Source: Hormiphora californensis (Eukaryota; Animalia; Ctenophora). From it: DNA of 64,000 nucleotides. A program made the position numbers and the translations under genes. The stretch lies in assembly GCA_020137815.1 (NCBI GenBank), contig CM035358.1:6014001-6078000 (forward strand), read 5' to 3'. Below the pieces are notes generated by a model that worked only from the letters and a program-made list of their open reading frames with translations, ran no database searches and was not told the DNA's origin. Of this stretch, positions 51,201 through 61,900 are shown piece by piece (positions within the stretch are counted from its first letter, which is position 1; each line of letters starts with the position of its first letter).

Positions 51201-51540
51201 CTTGACACTCAACAACCACCTTCCGCGGTATGATACCGACTGATACAGGGCCTATCTCTCTCCCTACTTCACATTTTCTCTCTCTCTCTCTCTCTCTCTG
51301 CAGGTATTCCAGTACTGGACAGACGGGCTAAATGTACTGCAAAAGAAGGACGCCTCCAACGCGATAGCTAAAGAACATCTCTCTATGCTGCTAGAGATGG
51401 AGATCAAGATCAGACAATTGGACATTTTGGATATTGAGGGACTTCAAATGCCCGAGCAGGCCCCTCCTGTGCCCCCAATGCCTGATAACTTCAACTTTCA
51501 TAATCATTACAACTTCCCTCCCTCACCCGCTGTGAAATAG
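34418..51540 (+). CDS. ELMO: engulfment and cell motility protein (ELMO/CED-12), ~905 aa, 19 exons: 34418-34480, 35523-35636, 38290-38436, 38695-38814, 38961-39035, 39572-39733, 40260-40405, 44398-44518, 44693-44769, 45476-45605, 45859-45963, 46027-46135, 46395-46823, 47430-47566, 49879-50037, 50291-50363, 50602-50751, 50994-51157, 51304-51540
   Basis: collinear matches to recalled ELMO1: [86 protein letters not shown] (PH domain), [32 protein letters not shown]; all junctions GT-AG and in phase; exon 1 and the boundaries of exon 13 are less certain. Confidence 0.92.
34488..34572. repeat. dispersed ~80-bp repeat with CCAAT boxes and GTCACGTGAC
   Basis: ACAACCAAT(T/C)AGAACTCGTTATTTAGGTCACGTGACTGGTTA.CAGCCAATCAGGGACCAGTATTTCCTG; second copy at 50180-50249. 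Confidence 0.85.
36070..36169. other. assembly gap (100 N) in ELMO intron 2
   Basis: run of N near CT/GA tracts; ELMO exons on the two sides are collinear, supporting the join. Confidence 0.99.
39697..39853 (+). repeat. 38-bp tandem repeat (4 copies) spanning the ELMO exon 6 donor
   Basis: unit GGACTCGGAATATAACAATCGGACACTTGATAAG|GTAG; GT at 39734, 39772, 39810 and 39848. Confidence 0.9.
41234..42280 (+). CDS. intronless rhodopsin-class (class A) orphan GPCR, 348 aa, nested in ELMO intron 7
   Basis: 7 hydrophobic segments; N-glycosylation site NTT; TM2 TDFL, TM3 Cys and LSITRT (DRY position) followed by LVRPF, ECL2 Cys, TM5 FIVP, TM6 FFNTP, TM7 [10 protein letters not shown]. Confidence 0.9.
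   Translation: MDANTTDFFDSIRDTIPIQATPDDPMRIKIGEIVLTILSLFTCIVGLPTATLQGYFLIRVAKEWTLSFSIYRAIWLTDFLIIFWNIPVAIVYARGRQTTNTAFVLSNGLGCTLWTIGWRSLNRVSIFNIAVLSITRTYSLVRPFSQPPRVRVVMATIVVYSVLVLAQSNIPLCFGATYRYYWALVECKESDIDNWYYGVYLSVAAIVQFIVPMVVVPVSCGVTIATLWSNKTASTSGDMIRNQATTTILGLTGIYIFFNTPMVLYSAVAIVDYYALPWNSKILKPFLEFFNGPTDGWFWHYHLANYSFNHSVVLNSMANIIMWSCRSRPMKLWIVSSGRMLSGAVDPS
43131..43138 (+). promoter_or_regulatory. TATA box candidate for the FLYWCH ORF
   Basis: TATAAAAG about 50 bp upstream of ATG 43183. Confidence 0.4.
43183..44043 (+). CDS. FLYWCH zinc-finger protein (probably MULE-transposase derived), 286 aa, nested in ELMO intron 7
   Basis: S/T/P-rich N-terminal half, then [40 protein letters not shown] (C..C..H.H); no DDE domain. 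Confidence 0.75.
   Translation: MDNNNNPAYSAALLELLALLVETGIMEDLNNLVSIINSTHVPSTPPATTTSITTLSATSTNSLISIKSEPDTSLQTSSAPISPPTTPPSVNLSPSTTSVLINLPSPMTLPPTNSIKLGPVTNRISKTLTPSNTPPPAPSNTPTPSSRERVQFIPGVRKGVQAVHNGYIYCTNGKKESTGVHYWACKDRKKYSPNCSGRLTTHGDQLVRATPHCHDAVSGEVLERQFLSKLRNTTSNSNERPSVIINRLLAEAPETMRGSLENKFLSLKRRVWYQRQTDQRYNPLSR
44168..44437 (+). repeat. imperfect tandem duplications of the ELMO exon 8 acceptor and exon start
   Basis: repeated CACACCATCTCTCTCCCCAG|TAC with AAATCTAGACTGTG or GCTCTGGCTCTAATCA. Confidence 0.85.
44797..45360. repeat. 31-bp minisatellite (~17 copies) in an ELMO intron
   Basis: unit TAGAGAGTAGAGTCTGTACTTTCTATGTCAC. Confidence 0.92.
47900..47916 (+). promoter_or_regulatory. 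dispersed 17-bp motif (exact); function unknown
   Basis: TTGCCTTGCTCGACCCT in ELMO intron 14. Confidence 0.4.
48295..48477 (+). CDS. candidate 60-aa membrane or secreted microprotein nested in ELMO intron 14
   Basis: [60 protein letters not shown]; no homology recognised. Confidence 0.35.
   Translation: MHCVVLITILSVITVLLLFSLLFVICVYKRTLRETRLAGCPVVIDKRYTDPPRPVGYGSK
48820..49894 (+). repeat. ~39-bp tandem array built from the ELMO exon 15 acceptor and first codons
   Basis: unit GTTGTGGACGTGGTACTAACATGCCCCCTCCCACTCCAG. Confidence 0.92.
50180..50249. repeat. second copy of the CCAAT/GTCACGTGAC dispersed repeat
   Basis: near-identical to 34488-34558. Confidence 0.85.
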
Positions 51541-51779
51541 TGACGTCACAGTATGACGTCATAGGGGGTCTACTTATTGTTGTTGTGTTTGTATGAACTT
51601 TGTGTAATAAAAACTGTATGAACTTAGGGGACTTTTTTAAACGGACACAGGGCTGTTGTCGTATCGATGTGGGAAAGGACTGTGAATGAGACGCAGCTAG
51701 CGAAAAAATGAATTTTTGGGTAGATGCGTGACTATGTGTTTATTTTCACTTACGAACTATTTTTTTAAATACCGTTTTA

Positions 51780-52025
51780 ATTTAGAGTTTGTTTTGTGAC
51801 GGAGTTGCATGGGTAGGGGGCAACCCATTGGTTGCCCCTGAATTGTATAACCTGCGTGAACATGCAGTGAATTGGAACAGTTTTGTTCAAACACAGAGAG
51901 CCATTTAGAGTTTGTTTTGTGACGGAGTTGCATGGGTAGGGGGCAACCCATTGGTTGCCCCTGAATTGTATAACCTGCGTGAACATGCAGTGAATTGGAA
52001 CAGTTTTGTTCAAACACAGAGAGCC
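51780..52025. repeat. exact 123-bp tandem duplication between the converging ELMO and MASTL 3' ends
   Basis: 51780-51902 = 51903-52025; each copy has a GGGGCAACC-CATT-GGTTGCCCC hairpin. Confidence 0.9.
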
Positions 52026-52032
52026 AGTGTTG

Positions 52033-52049
52033 AGGGTCAAGCAAGGCAA
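52033..52049 (-). promoter_or_regulatory. 17-bp motif variant (1 mismatch)
   Basis: AGGGTCAAGCAAGGCAA. Confidence 0.35.
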
Positions 52050-52300
52050 CAGGAAACTGGAACAGGTCTGAATCAGGTGTGAGAATCACAACCGAACAAG
52101 TCCTACGGTTGTGCGCGCGCGGCCAAAACCGTGCTGCTTACAACTGGTACCTTCCATACAAATCGGTTAATCGCGCGTGCCTCCTGGTTGCATTGCTTGC
52201 TCCTCTTGGTATAACACAGTACAAAACAGCTCACATCTTACAAAATGGGAGAAATTCAGAAGTTGAAACAAAGAAATTAACACAAAATTCATGCAAAAAC

Positions 52301-54398
52301 TTAAAAACTTAAATCAGCACCATAGATGTCACCATCAAAATCACTAAGACGAATGTTAAAAGCGGCATTATGGCCATCGAAGTATCCCGTGTCAGTTTCA
52401 CTATCCGGGGTTGGTACAAAAGGCATTTCCGCGGAGAGGATATTGTCCCAATCAACGGATTTAAAGAAAGGATGAACCCTTAATTCAGGCAGTTCTAATC
52501 TCTCAGTTGGTTCAAGTTTTAACAGCCCTTTAATACAATCTTTAGCACTCTCACTGATCTCTGTTGGCCACTCGATATCCAAGTTAAGAATGTTCCTAAA
52601 AATTTCCGTTATCGTCGCATCCTGAAAGGGCGGTATGCCCGCCAATAACTCGTACATACAAATCCCAAAGGACCACCAATCTGCTGCGGCTGTGTGACTT
52701 CTCATCAGCAGCAACTCAGGGGCAATGTAATCAGGGGTGCCTAATAACCTCTCCCCAGTTTGTTCCGGTGTTTCGGGCTGTGTGTCCTCCCCAAACGAAA
52801 CATCTTCATCTCGGTATACTGCCATAGTTGAGGAGTCAGGTGTTTGTAACACAGAGGAGGTGGATGGTGGGATGGAGGAGGAGGAGGGTGTTTTATGTCG
52901 GCGAGGGGTGAACCTCTCTCTTCGTGTTATGACAGGGGTAGTAGTAGGACTGCTACAAAATGCAAGCTTACTGGAAAGTGAGGCAAGTTGTCCGGGTGTC
53001 CGCCAGTGGACTGTACTAAAAGGTGTCCGTAATAGATCCCTGGGTGTCCCAATATTTCTTCTCTGTCGAATCGAGGAGAGTCCAAAGTCTGTTAGTTTGA
53101 TGTGCCCAGTTCGGTCAATCAGCATGTTGTCGGGTTTTAAATCCCGGTGGATGATGTTTCGTTTGTGTAGGTACTCCAGTGCTTGGGCTATCTCTACTAG
53201 GTAAAGGGCGGCGTGGTCTTCCTCTAGACAGCCGACGTAACTGGAGAGAGAGGGGTGTGAGGAAACAATGATAGGCTAGGGAGTGTGATGAAAATATTTT
53301 ATAGGGATTAGGGATGAAAAAGTTCCTCGTATATATTGTTACCTTAGAAAAGAGCACAAGTCCCCTCCAATAAGATACTCCATGACAAAATACACCTCAT
53401 CGTGACTCTGGTGACAGTGGAGGGATATGTTAGGGGGACATTTCTAAGGGGATATATCAGGGTATATCAGATATCAAGAAACATTAGGGAGACAGAAGAC
53501 ATTAGGGGTTATTCGACATACCAGCCGAAATTAGAATACGAACAGGCTACATCTAAAAACATCATGTTTCAAAAGACCAGTTACCTGGAAAGAGTAGAAT
53601 AGTTTGACGATAAAGGGAGAGTTAGCGAGGGCCAGGGCATCTCTCTCAGTCACCACTTGATCGACCATATTCTTTACTATGAGATCCTGTTTACTCATAA
53701 CTTTAATTGCGTAGTGCTCCTGTTTACCTTTTCGCTTAGCCAGGTAGACCTTACCGTACGCCCCCTTACTGCGGAGAGAGGAAGTGAGTGAGGGAGAGAG
53801 GTAGTCAGTGAGGGAGAGAGGTAGTGAGTGAGGGAGAGAGGTAGTGAGTGAGGCAGAGAGGAAGTGAGTGAGGGAGAGAGGAAGTGAGTGAGGGAGAGAG
53901 GTAGTGAGTGAGGCAGAGAGGAAGTGAGTGAGGGAGAGAGGTAGTGAGTGAGGGAGAGAGGTAGTGAGTGAGGGAGAGAGGAAGTGAGTGAGGGAGAGAG
54001 GAAGTGAGTGAGGGAGAGAGGTAGTGAGTGAGGGAGAGAGGTAGTGAGTGAGGGAGAGAGGTAGTGAGTGAGGGAGAGAGGTAGTGAGGGAGGGAGAGAG
54101 GTAGTGAGTGAGGGAGAGAGGTAGTGAGTGAGGGAGAGAGGAAGTGAGTGAGGGAGAGAGGAAGTGAGTGAGGGAGAGAGAGGTTGTGTTAGTAAAATAA
54201 CTAATCTGGTGTGAGAAATGGGAAATGTAAATCGAGCCAGAGTTGTGGTTCATAATCAGGTCCTTCCCACACTAATCGCTAGAGATAGAAAATATACTAT
54301 ACTCACCTAATTGGTTTGACTATCACGAAATCCTGCATGGAAGTCTTGGCTTTGTTGTGTTTCCTTGCCTCTGACAAGCACATCTTGGCAATGCTCAT
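52301..54398 (-). CDS. MASTL: Greatwall/MASTL serine-threonine kinase (~426 aa; exons 54398-54307, 53768-53585, 53407-53343, 53240-52301)
   Basis: [99 protein letters not shown]; phases consistent. Confidence 0.93.
53775..54180. repeat. 20-bp tandem repeat (~20 copies) in MASTL intron 1
   Basis: unit G(T/A)AGTGAGTGAGGGAGAGAG. Confidence 0.92.
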
Positions 54399-54517
54399 CT
54401 TACCCTCCGTCCTGAAGGAATGTTAGAAACTATTTAGAAACATGTTAGAAATTTGTGAATCGGGGTTTGAACTTCACATTTCACAGGAGAGGATATATGA
54501 GGGTGTTGACAAGTTTG

Positions 54518-55742
54518 CTAGAAACTCACACATTGGACTATAAAATATACAAATGTGAGAAAACTCTCCCTGTGTAAAACATACAACATGTGTAAAACAG
54601 TGTGTGTATAACATTGTGTAAACCTGTAGCTGTATTGGGGTGTTGTAAATCGGACGGTTGGTGGAGCCCTCTCTGGAGTACAAACAGAGGAAAAGGAAAT
54701 ACGCCGTCTCTTTGAGGGGTTCATCTGGTGAGGGTATATGCTGATGTTACGGGGGGGGGGGGGGAATATCCACGGAAGGGGATTGGGATTCGATGGGGGA
54801 TATCCAGGGTAGAACATGGAGGTCGAGGTCTTGGGATACCCGATGTATATCAACGATTCAGACCTACTGGGGGTGGTGGGGGCACTTACCGTGCTCTCAG
54901 TAGTTGTATTGTTTGTTTGTCTGAAGCTGTTTTCCTTTTCCAGAATTGAAACTTCCTGAACAGCCAATGTAGAATCTGTAAAGGAAATATTACAATTATC
55001 AGATGAGTTATGACTACTTTTGTGAACTCCAAAACCAAATGAGTGAATTGATATGGTGACTTTTTCGTAATGGATGTGCTGTTTGTATAGTTGACAGGGT
55101 GATCAAGTTAAAACATACCATATAACACCTGAGTGATGCTCCTTTGTGCATCGTCGTCCTCCCTCAACAAGTGACAAACTTTCTCCAGCTGTGCTATAAC
55201 CCCGTCCATATTCTCCTCAAAACTCATTCCGGCTGTTTCCCCAAAACTCCTCTCCACCGTTTTACCGTACACCATCTCGAAGGAGGTACGGATCTGGGGG
55301 ATGAGACACAACGATCAATATTCCAGTCAATACGGTGAAAATGAGATACAATCAGACGATCAATATTCTAGTCAATACTGTGAAAATGAGATACAGTCAG
55401 ACGATCAATATTCCAGTCAATACTGTGAAAATGAGATACAATCAGACGATCAATATTCCAGTCAATACTGTGAAAATGAGATATAATCAGGTCAATGAGT
55501 AATGATTTGCCCAGACCCTATACTCTGAGCAGTTCAAACAAACATACGCTATTTTTATGAGACGTCTATATTAATTATAATAATTTAAAAACACTCACGT
55601 TAGTACTGTTGTTACATAGAGAGTCAATCTGGCCCCATATTCGATCATAATCGAGCCTGCGACCCAGAGCAGGGGAACAGTGCCGGTTTGAATGGGAAGA
55701 GGTGGGGGTTGAGGTGACTGGATTCCTAGACCGCTTTGACAT
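54518..55742 (-). CDS. orphan protein (~200 aa; exons 55742-55599, 55293-55119, 54975-54890, 54724-~54518)
   Basis: consensus splice sites in consistent phase: MSKRSRNPVTSTP..SPALGRRLDY../IRTSFEMVYG..IAQLEKVCHLL../DSTLAVQEVSILEKENSF../MNPSKRRRISFSSVCTPE..; 3' end uncertain. Confidence 0.6.
55300..55490. repeat. 45-bp tandem repeat (~4 copies) in the orphan gene intron
   Basis: unit GATCAATATTCCAGTCAATACTGTGAAAATGAGATACAATCAGAC. Confidence 0.9.
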
Positions 55743-56009
55743 GTGAGCTAATAGAGAGGAGAGAGGATACAACTCGATGGAAGGGCCGTAGGGAAGGCAA
55801 CTACTTATTGTGTACATCATACCGCATTTTATTTCAGGTAGGGAAGGTTCGGTAGATCAAGGTATAGTTAAACAGAAACAACATCATTTTAGGAACTAGA
55901 ACAATTTAATACAAGAAGAATCCAAATACAATTCCGCGTATTATATAATAACCATATTAGGTCATATATTTCATGACCAAATTAGGTCACGTTTCATGAC
56001 CAATACCAC

Positions 56010-56026
56010 TTGCCTTGCTCGACTCT
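56010..56026 (+). promoter_or_regulatory. 17-bp motif variant (1 mismatch) between PSMD11 and the orphan gene
   Basis: TTGCCTTGCTCGACTCT. Confidence 0.35.
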
Positions 56027-56096
56027 GTCAGCTGTCTCACAACACAAATATATTCCACTTAGCCAGTAAGTGAAAAAACGGGAGGAGAGATTATCT

Positions 56097-58735
56097 CTAA
56101 GAGAGTTTCTGAGCCTTCTTGAAAAGGGCGTCAACTACTTTTCCCATGTGGGAAACCGTCTCAAGTGCGTAGGTATAAGTCTGGTCTTCCTCGCTCGCGT
56201 CAAATACTATCAATACCCCACTTCTCTGGTCCAGAATACCTGGAGATAATGATTGAGTTTAATAAATGGTGCCCAGATATTACAAATCCCCCTCCCCGGG
56301 TTCTATTTAACAACAGAATCCTCCCAGGTTCTATAACAACCATATATTTAAACCAGTGACCTGAAAATTTCTTATCCAAGATGATCTGAGATAACTTCCT
56401 CTCCACAACTTCATAAGGTAGGGCTATTGTCTCTGCGACATGTGATAACTGCACCCTGGAATACGGCTCAATAATCCTGACAAGATTCTTCTCAAGGAGT
56501 GTATCATAAAGTGCCTTCAGATGACTCTCAATAACGCCATCCTTTTGTAACTCAGCCTCGTATTTAGAGATAGTCTGATTGAAAATGGCAATATCTCGTT
56601 TCTTTCCCGCGTCAGCGATTGCCTGCATAGCGTCAATTCCCCGGCCAGAGTATTTCAGACCTAGAAATGGTAAAATTGTGTAAAATTGAAAAAAAAAACA
56701 GAATAGAGATTATATCAGCTGAAATTACTAACCCATTTTTCCAGTTAGAAGTGACTGGACTTCCTCTGGGGCTCCCAACATAATCTTGCACAGCAACATG
56801 TACTTGAGACCATTCAGAGCGTGAACACTCTCAATACTATCATATCTGGAGTAGTTGAAGTTGTTAAAATTAAAAAAAATTAAAAATACACACATCTCCA
56901 CTTGATCGGATGAATATATCTAAAAGGACCCAACTAAAACTAAGGGGGGGGGGTCCAGCCCTAAAAAAAGCTAAACTAACGGCCAAAATCAGGGTACCTT
57001 TAGCTTTTTTAGCTTTTTTTAGCTTTTTTTAGCTTTTTTTAGCCTTTTTTAGCTTTTTTTAGCTTTATTTAGCTTTTTTTAGCTTTTTTTAACTTTTTTT
57101 AGGCTAAAAAAAAGCTAAAAAAAGCTAAAAAAAGCTAAAATTGAGTTTTTAGTGGATTCATATAGGTTCGAATCCCGCTGACGCCAAATTTTTTAAACTT
57201 TTATTATAACGTTTTATAACGTTTTTTGAACTTTTTTAAAACTATTTTTATCAAATTTGAATAATATTTTTATCGAAAAAATGTCTCCAGAAAATGGCAG
57301 TAGGGGTGGATACAGAAATTGCTATGTATGGACATAAACGGTAGATTATGGTAAAAAAATGTGCAGGAAATGAACAAATGCAGTCAATAGACGTCCGGAA
57401 GGATGAAAATTTAATGGAAAAGTGTCAAGATGAATGCTGAAAAAACATAAAAAGTAGGGCTAAAAAAAGCTAAAAAAAGCTAAAAAAAGCTAAAAAAAGC
57501 TAAAATAAAAAACGCTATCGACCAAAATCAGGGTACCTTTAGCTTTTTTTAGGGCTGGACCCCCCCCCAACTAAAAATTTCTGTCCACAAACCCCTCGAA
57601 TGCCTCGTAGAAGTAAGAAAATGCAGTCTTGAAGTCCTTCTCCTCAGCATGAAGGATACCACTCTGCATGTCAAGGGCAGCCTGTAACTTGGGAGGGACG
57701 TATATCGAGTTGGCAGTGGTACGGGCACTTGTCAGAGCAGCTCGAGCTTTGGGAATGTTCCTTAGCGTATGGTACACCTGAAGGGAGAGTTGTTAAAAAT
57801 TGGTAAAAGATTAGTAGAATTAGAGAATAGAGGCAAGATTAGTTTACATCTGGGGGCATTGTTAGGACTGGCAGACACTAACTGGGGAACACTCTAGTTG
57901 ACTATACCTTGCTCTCAGACAACTGGATCTCCATCAGCAAATGTTTATCGTCCATCTTCTTCAGGACCTTGAGGACCCTGTTGACTGTGGTGAGAGCCTC
58001 GCTGTACTGACCCACTGAGTGGTACAGAAGGATGAGACGACCTTCAAGGGCCTGCGTCAGGAATGTCCTCTTCTCACTGAGTAGGAGTGGAGGTGTTAGG
58101 AAGAGAGTGGAGTAGAGGTGTTCGGAGGACGAGAAAAGGGGAATTCAAAACAGTTAAAGGCTACGTGGGCAATAATTAATTTTCCCAAAAACAATATAAT
58201 TCCCACCCTGCTTTATAATGATAACAAATAATATGCCCACCTTTTAGCCCAATCAATACACTCCAAACAAAGTGGAATCTCGACCCCGGTAGAACTTTCC
58301 ATGTCGAGGAATGTGTCAACTAACTCCCTCACAATCTTGCTAGCTTTCGCCTTGCTGACTGTGCCAAGGAAAGGCCGGATGGATTTTATCAACTTGGATA
58401 ACTCTTCAACTCGACCTTTCTGGGCCAGGAGCTTGCCTAAAAACAGAACAGTTAGTTAAACGTAGAGCGGAATTATAGTTTTAATTTCCAACTCCATAAT
58501 TTAGTTTGTTGGGGCGCCGGTAAGAGAGAGAGACGGTCGAGCAAGACATGATCTAGTTTGTTGGGGTACAGAGCCAAGCAAGATTTAAGTAGTTACCCAT
58601 GCTAAGAAGAGCCTGTTCGATAACTTTCTCTTCTTCTTCAGAGCTGGCTGTCTGTTTTGTGATAGAGTAGTAGATCTTGAGGGCACCATCCGGGTCACTG
58701 GTCTCCAAACCCACTGCCTGCTGTAGCTCCTCCAT
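56097..58735 (-). CDS. PSMD11: 26S proteasome regulatory subunit Rpn6 (~414 aa; exons 58735-58597, 58436-58241, 58076-57908, 57777-57593, 56845-56733, 56660-56361, 56239-56097)
   Basis: [128 protein letters not shown]. Confidence 0.96.
56944..57568. mobile_element. MITE with (TTTTTTTAGC)n subterminal arrays in PSMD11 intron 4
   Basis: GGGGGGGTCCAGCCCTAAAAAAAGCTAAA ... TTTAGCTTTTTTTAGGGCTGGACCCCCCC. Confidence 0.8.
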
Positions 58736-58953
58736 GGCTAAATAGGAGGGGGATTAGGAGCCACAAGAAAAGAGGTGGGGATTTATAAGTCCAAGAAAGG
58801 GGGTGGAAATTACGAAATCCATGAAAGAGGGCGGGGATTAGGAATTGAACTTCAAACAAAGAAATATTACTGAATACTGTGGGAGGTAACATAACAATAA
58901 TTTTTTGTACATATATTTACAACGTCAATAAAAATATCTAAAATAAGAGAGCT

Positions 58954-61900
58954 TCAGTCAAGAAGCTCCTTGATACGTCTGTCAATCTCGGAAATCAGAA
59001 AGTCACTCGCTGTATAAACACCGGTACTCAAAAGAGTTGCTCTTTCTCTGATCAGCTCTTCAATTCTCGTGTCTCTATCCTCTTTGAAAATCGGCGCATT
59101 TTGTTTCTCATTGTTCATTGTTGTTACAATTTCTGCCAATTCATCTGCCAAACTGATTGCTTCATTTTCTGCGACGGATTTTTTACTTTGTTTTTCCTGC
59201 TCTACCATCACCGGTCCAACTTTAACCTGAGGCCTGCTAATCTCACTCAGAACCTGATGCCTTTTCATTTTATACCTCTCCTTACTAACTGATAACTTTG
59301 CCATCCTAAAACGAAGTTGACCGAGTTCCTCAGTAATAGATAGAATAGCTGCGGCTTGGATGGCTGACGGCTGATTGTTATCTGAGGTTGTCACAGTCTC
59401 TCGAAGTTGGAGTGTTTTCTTTTCCACCTGAGACTCAAGAAGGAGGAGCGACATTTTTAATTTCTCGTTCACCGCTTCTAGGTCATCCACTTTCGTGCGA
59501 ATAATACTTGTTTCCAATGATAAAATATCACGCTTCACCTCACTTTTCCCTCGTGTTTGAGCAGTTCGGTGTACTTTATCAGCGTTGAAATCATCTTTCT
59601 CTGACTGGAAATGCAGCAGGTTATTGTTCAGCACCTTCTCTTTCTTCTCGATAGACGAAAGGCGGGAAGTGTAATCTGTAACGAGTTTATCGCATGTTTT
59701 CTTGCTCCCTTCTATTTCCGCGTTCAAAGCAGCACAGTGTTGACGATATGAGTTTGATATCTTTTCCACTAATTCGTTTTCCCTTTTTTCGAGAACCTTT
59801 TCCATCTCACGAATATGGATGTCTTTCCATAGTTCGAGCTCCAGGGCAACCTTGTATTCTGCCGTTCCAGCTTCCATTGAAACTTTGCCTGATTAAAACG
59901 ATAAATGAAATTTGAATTTGGTTAAATTTGAACATGCAAAACGCTTTTCGGAAGCATAAAACGGGTTAGATAACGAATAAAACAGCAAAGAAGGCGAGAT
60001 AAGGCAGCAGCGCGGGATAAGGCAGCGCTTTTCAAGAAGAAAAACGGAGAAAAAAAATCAAAAAACGATGAAAGAGTTTTGCAAAAGCAGTTTCTATTCT
60101 GGATCTCGCGGGTGCGAGTGCGCGGCGTCAAACGGTGTACGCATTGAGTTAAAATTTCGCGCGTTACATTTTTTGCACTATTTGCATCGCACTGTTTGCG
60201 AAGGTTTTTCACAGCAAAATTTTTGTTTTCCCAAACTTTAAAATTTAAGCCTGTCAAAACGTGTCGATATTTGGCCAGGCAGGTGAGTAGAACTTCGCTC
60301 CTAATAAAAGGCTGCAATAAAAGGCTGCAATAAAAGGCTGCAATAAAAGGCTGCAGAAAAAAGGCTGCAATAAAAGGCTGCAATAAAAGGCTGCAATGGA
60401 TCACGTATCCAACTGGACTAAAGCAGGAGAGACCGAAGCAGGAGAGACCGAATCGTCCTCCCCTAACAGTGTTTCGTTTCACTTATCGGTCTCTACCATA
60501 AGCGGTAGAGAGACCGAATCACCCGCCCCTAATTAAAATGATTCGTGCCTTTTATTGCAGCCTTTTATTGCAGCCTTTTATTGCAGCCTTTTATTGCAGC
60601 CTTTTTCTGCAGCCTTTTATTGCAGCCTTTTATTGCAGCCTTTTATTGCAGCCTTTTATTAGGAGCGAAGTTCTACTCACCTGCCTTTGGCCAAACCTAG
60701 AACTCACTAGAGGCAAGCCAATTCCGGTTGTACATCCTAGGTATAGGCCTCCTGAACATAAAAAACCAAAATGTCAGTCTCAATTATTTGGGGGAAGGTG
60801 TGTAATTAGCCCCTAATTAATTGGTAATTGTGCACAAGGAGAAAAACGCTGTATCTACCCTTAGGAAAGGAGTAGAGACAAAATAAAGGGCACCAAAGTG
60901 TTCAGCGTCCTCGCATTAGTGGGGGTAGGTACTGGAATTAAGTCTCTATCTCATCTGGTTAATTAGATAATTGGATAATTAGGTTTGCGCATAACCGTTT
61001 TTAGGCTATATGGCTATAGCCATGTTAGGAAAGGAGTAGAAAAAAAACTGAGGGCACTAAAATGATCAGCGTCTTCGCATTAGTGGGGGTAGGTGCCGGA
61101 ATTAAGTCTCTATCTCATCCGGTTAATTGGATAATTGGATAATTAGGTTTGCGCATAACCGTTTTTAGGCTATATGGCTATAGCCACTTAGGAACGGTTT
61201 AGAGACTTTTCATTGAGGCCATTTTGTAGGCAATAGCCAAGTTATGGGGGGTCGACGTCGGACTTTTAAGCTCTATCTTCAACCGTTTAGCCGTTACTTG
61301 GCTTTAAAGGTGCTCAAAATCGGGCTAATTACCGTTTTTTGCTCATTTTGAGCACCTTTAAAGCCAAATAACGGCTAAACGGTTGAAGATAGAGCTTAAA
61401 AGTCCGACGTCGACCCCCCATAACTTGGCTATTGCCTACAAAATGGCACCAATGAAAAGTCTCTAAACCGTTCCTAAGTGGCTATAGCCATATAGCCTAA
61501 AAACAGTTATGCGCAAACCTAATTATCCAATTATCCAATTATCCGGATGAGATAGAGACTTAATTCCGGCACCTACCCCCACTAATGCGAGGACGCTGAT
61601 CATTTTAGTGACCTCAGTTTTTTCTCTACTCCTTTCCTAACATGGCTATAGCCATATAGCCTAAAAACGGTTATGCGCAAACCTAATTATCCAATTATCT
61701 AATTAACCAGATGAGATAGAGACTTAATTCCGGTACCTACCCCCACTAATGCGAGGACGCTGAACACTTTGGTGCCCTCTATTTTGTCTCTACTCCTTTC
61801 CTAAGGGTAGATACAGCGTTTTTCTCCTTGTGCTCAATTACCAATCAATTAGGGGCTAATTACACACCTTCCCCCAAATAATTGAGACTGACATTTTGGT

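Noticed and set aside
53531-54253. 240-aa ORF with [11 protein letters not shown] repeats fused to a kinase
   Set aside because: Intronic 20-bp repeat read in frame into MASTL exon 2; the real exon starts at 53768
58954-59877. Stand-alone truncated CEP120 consisting only of the coiled coil
   Set aside because: An acceptor at 59889 and an in-phase upstream exon at 62655-62511 indicate it is the last exon of a longer gene
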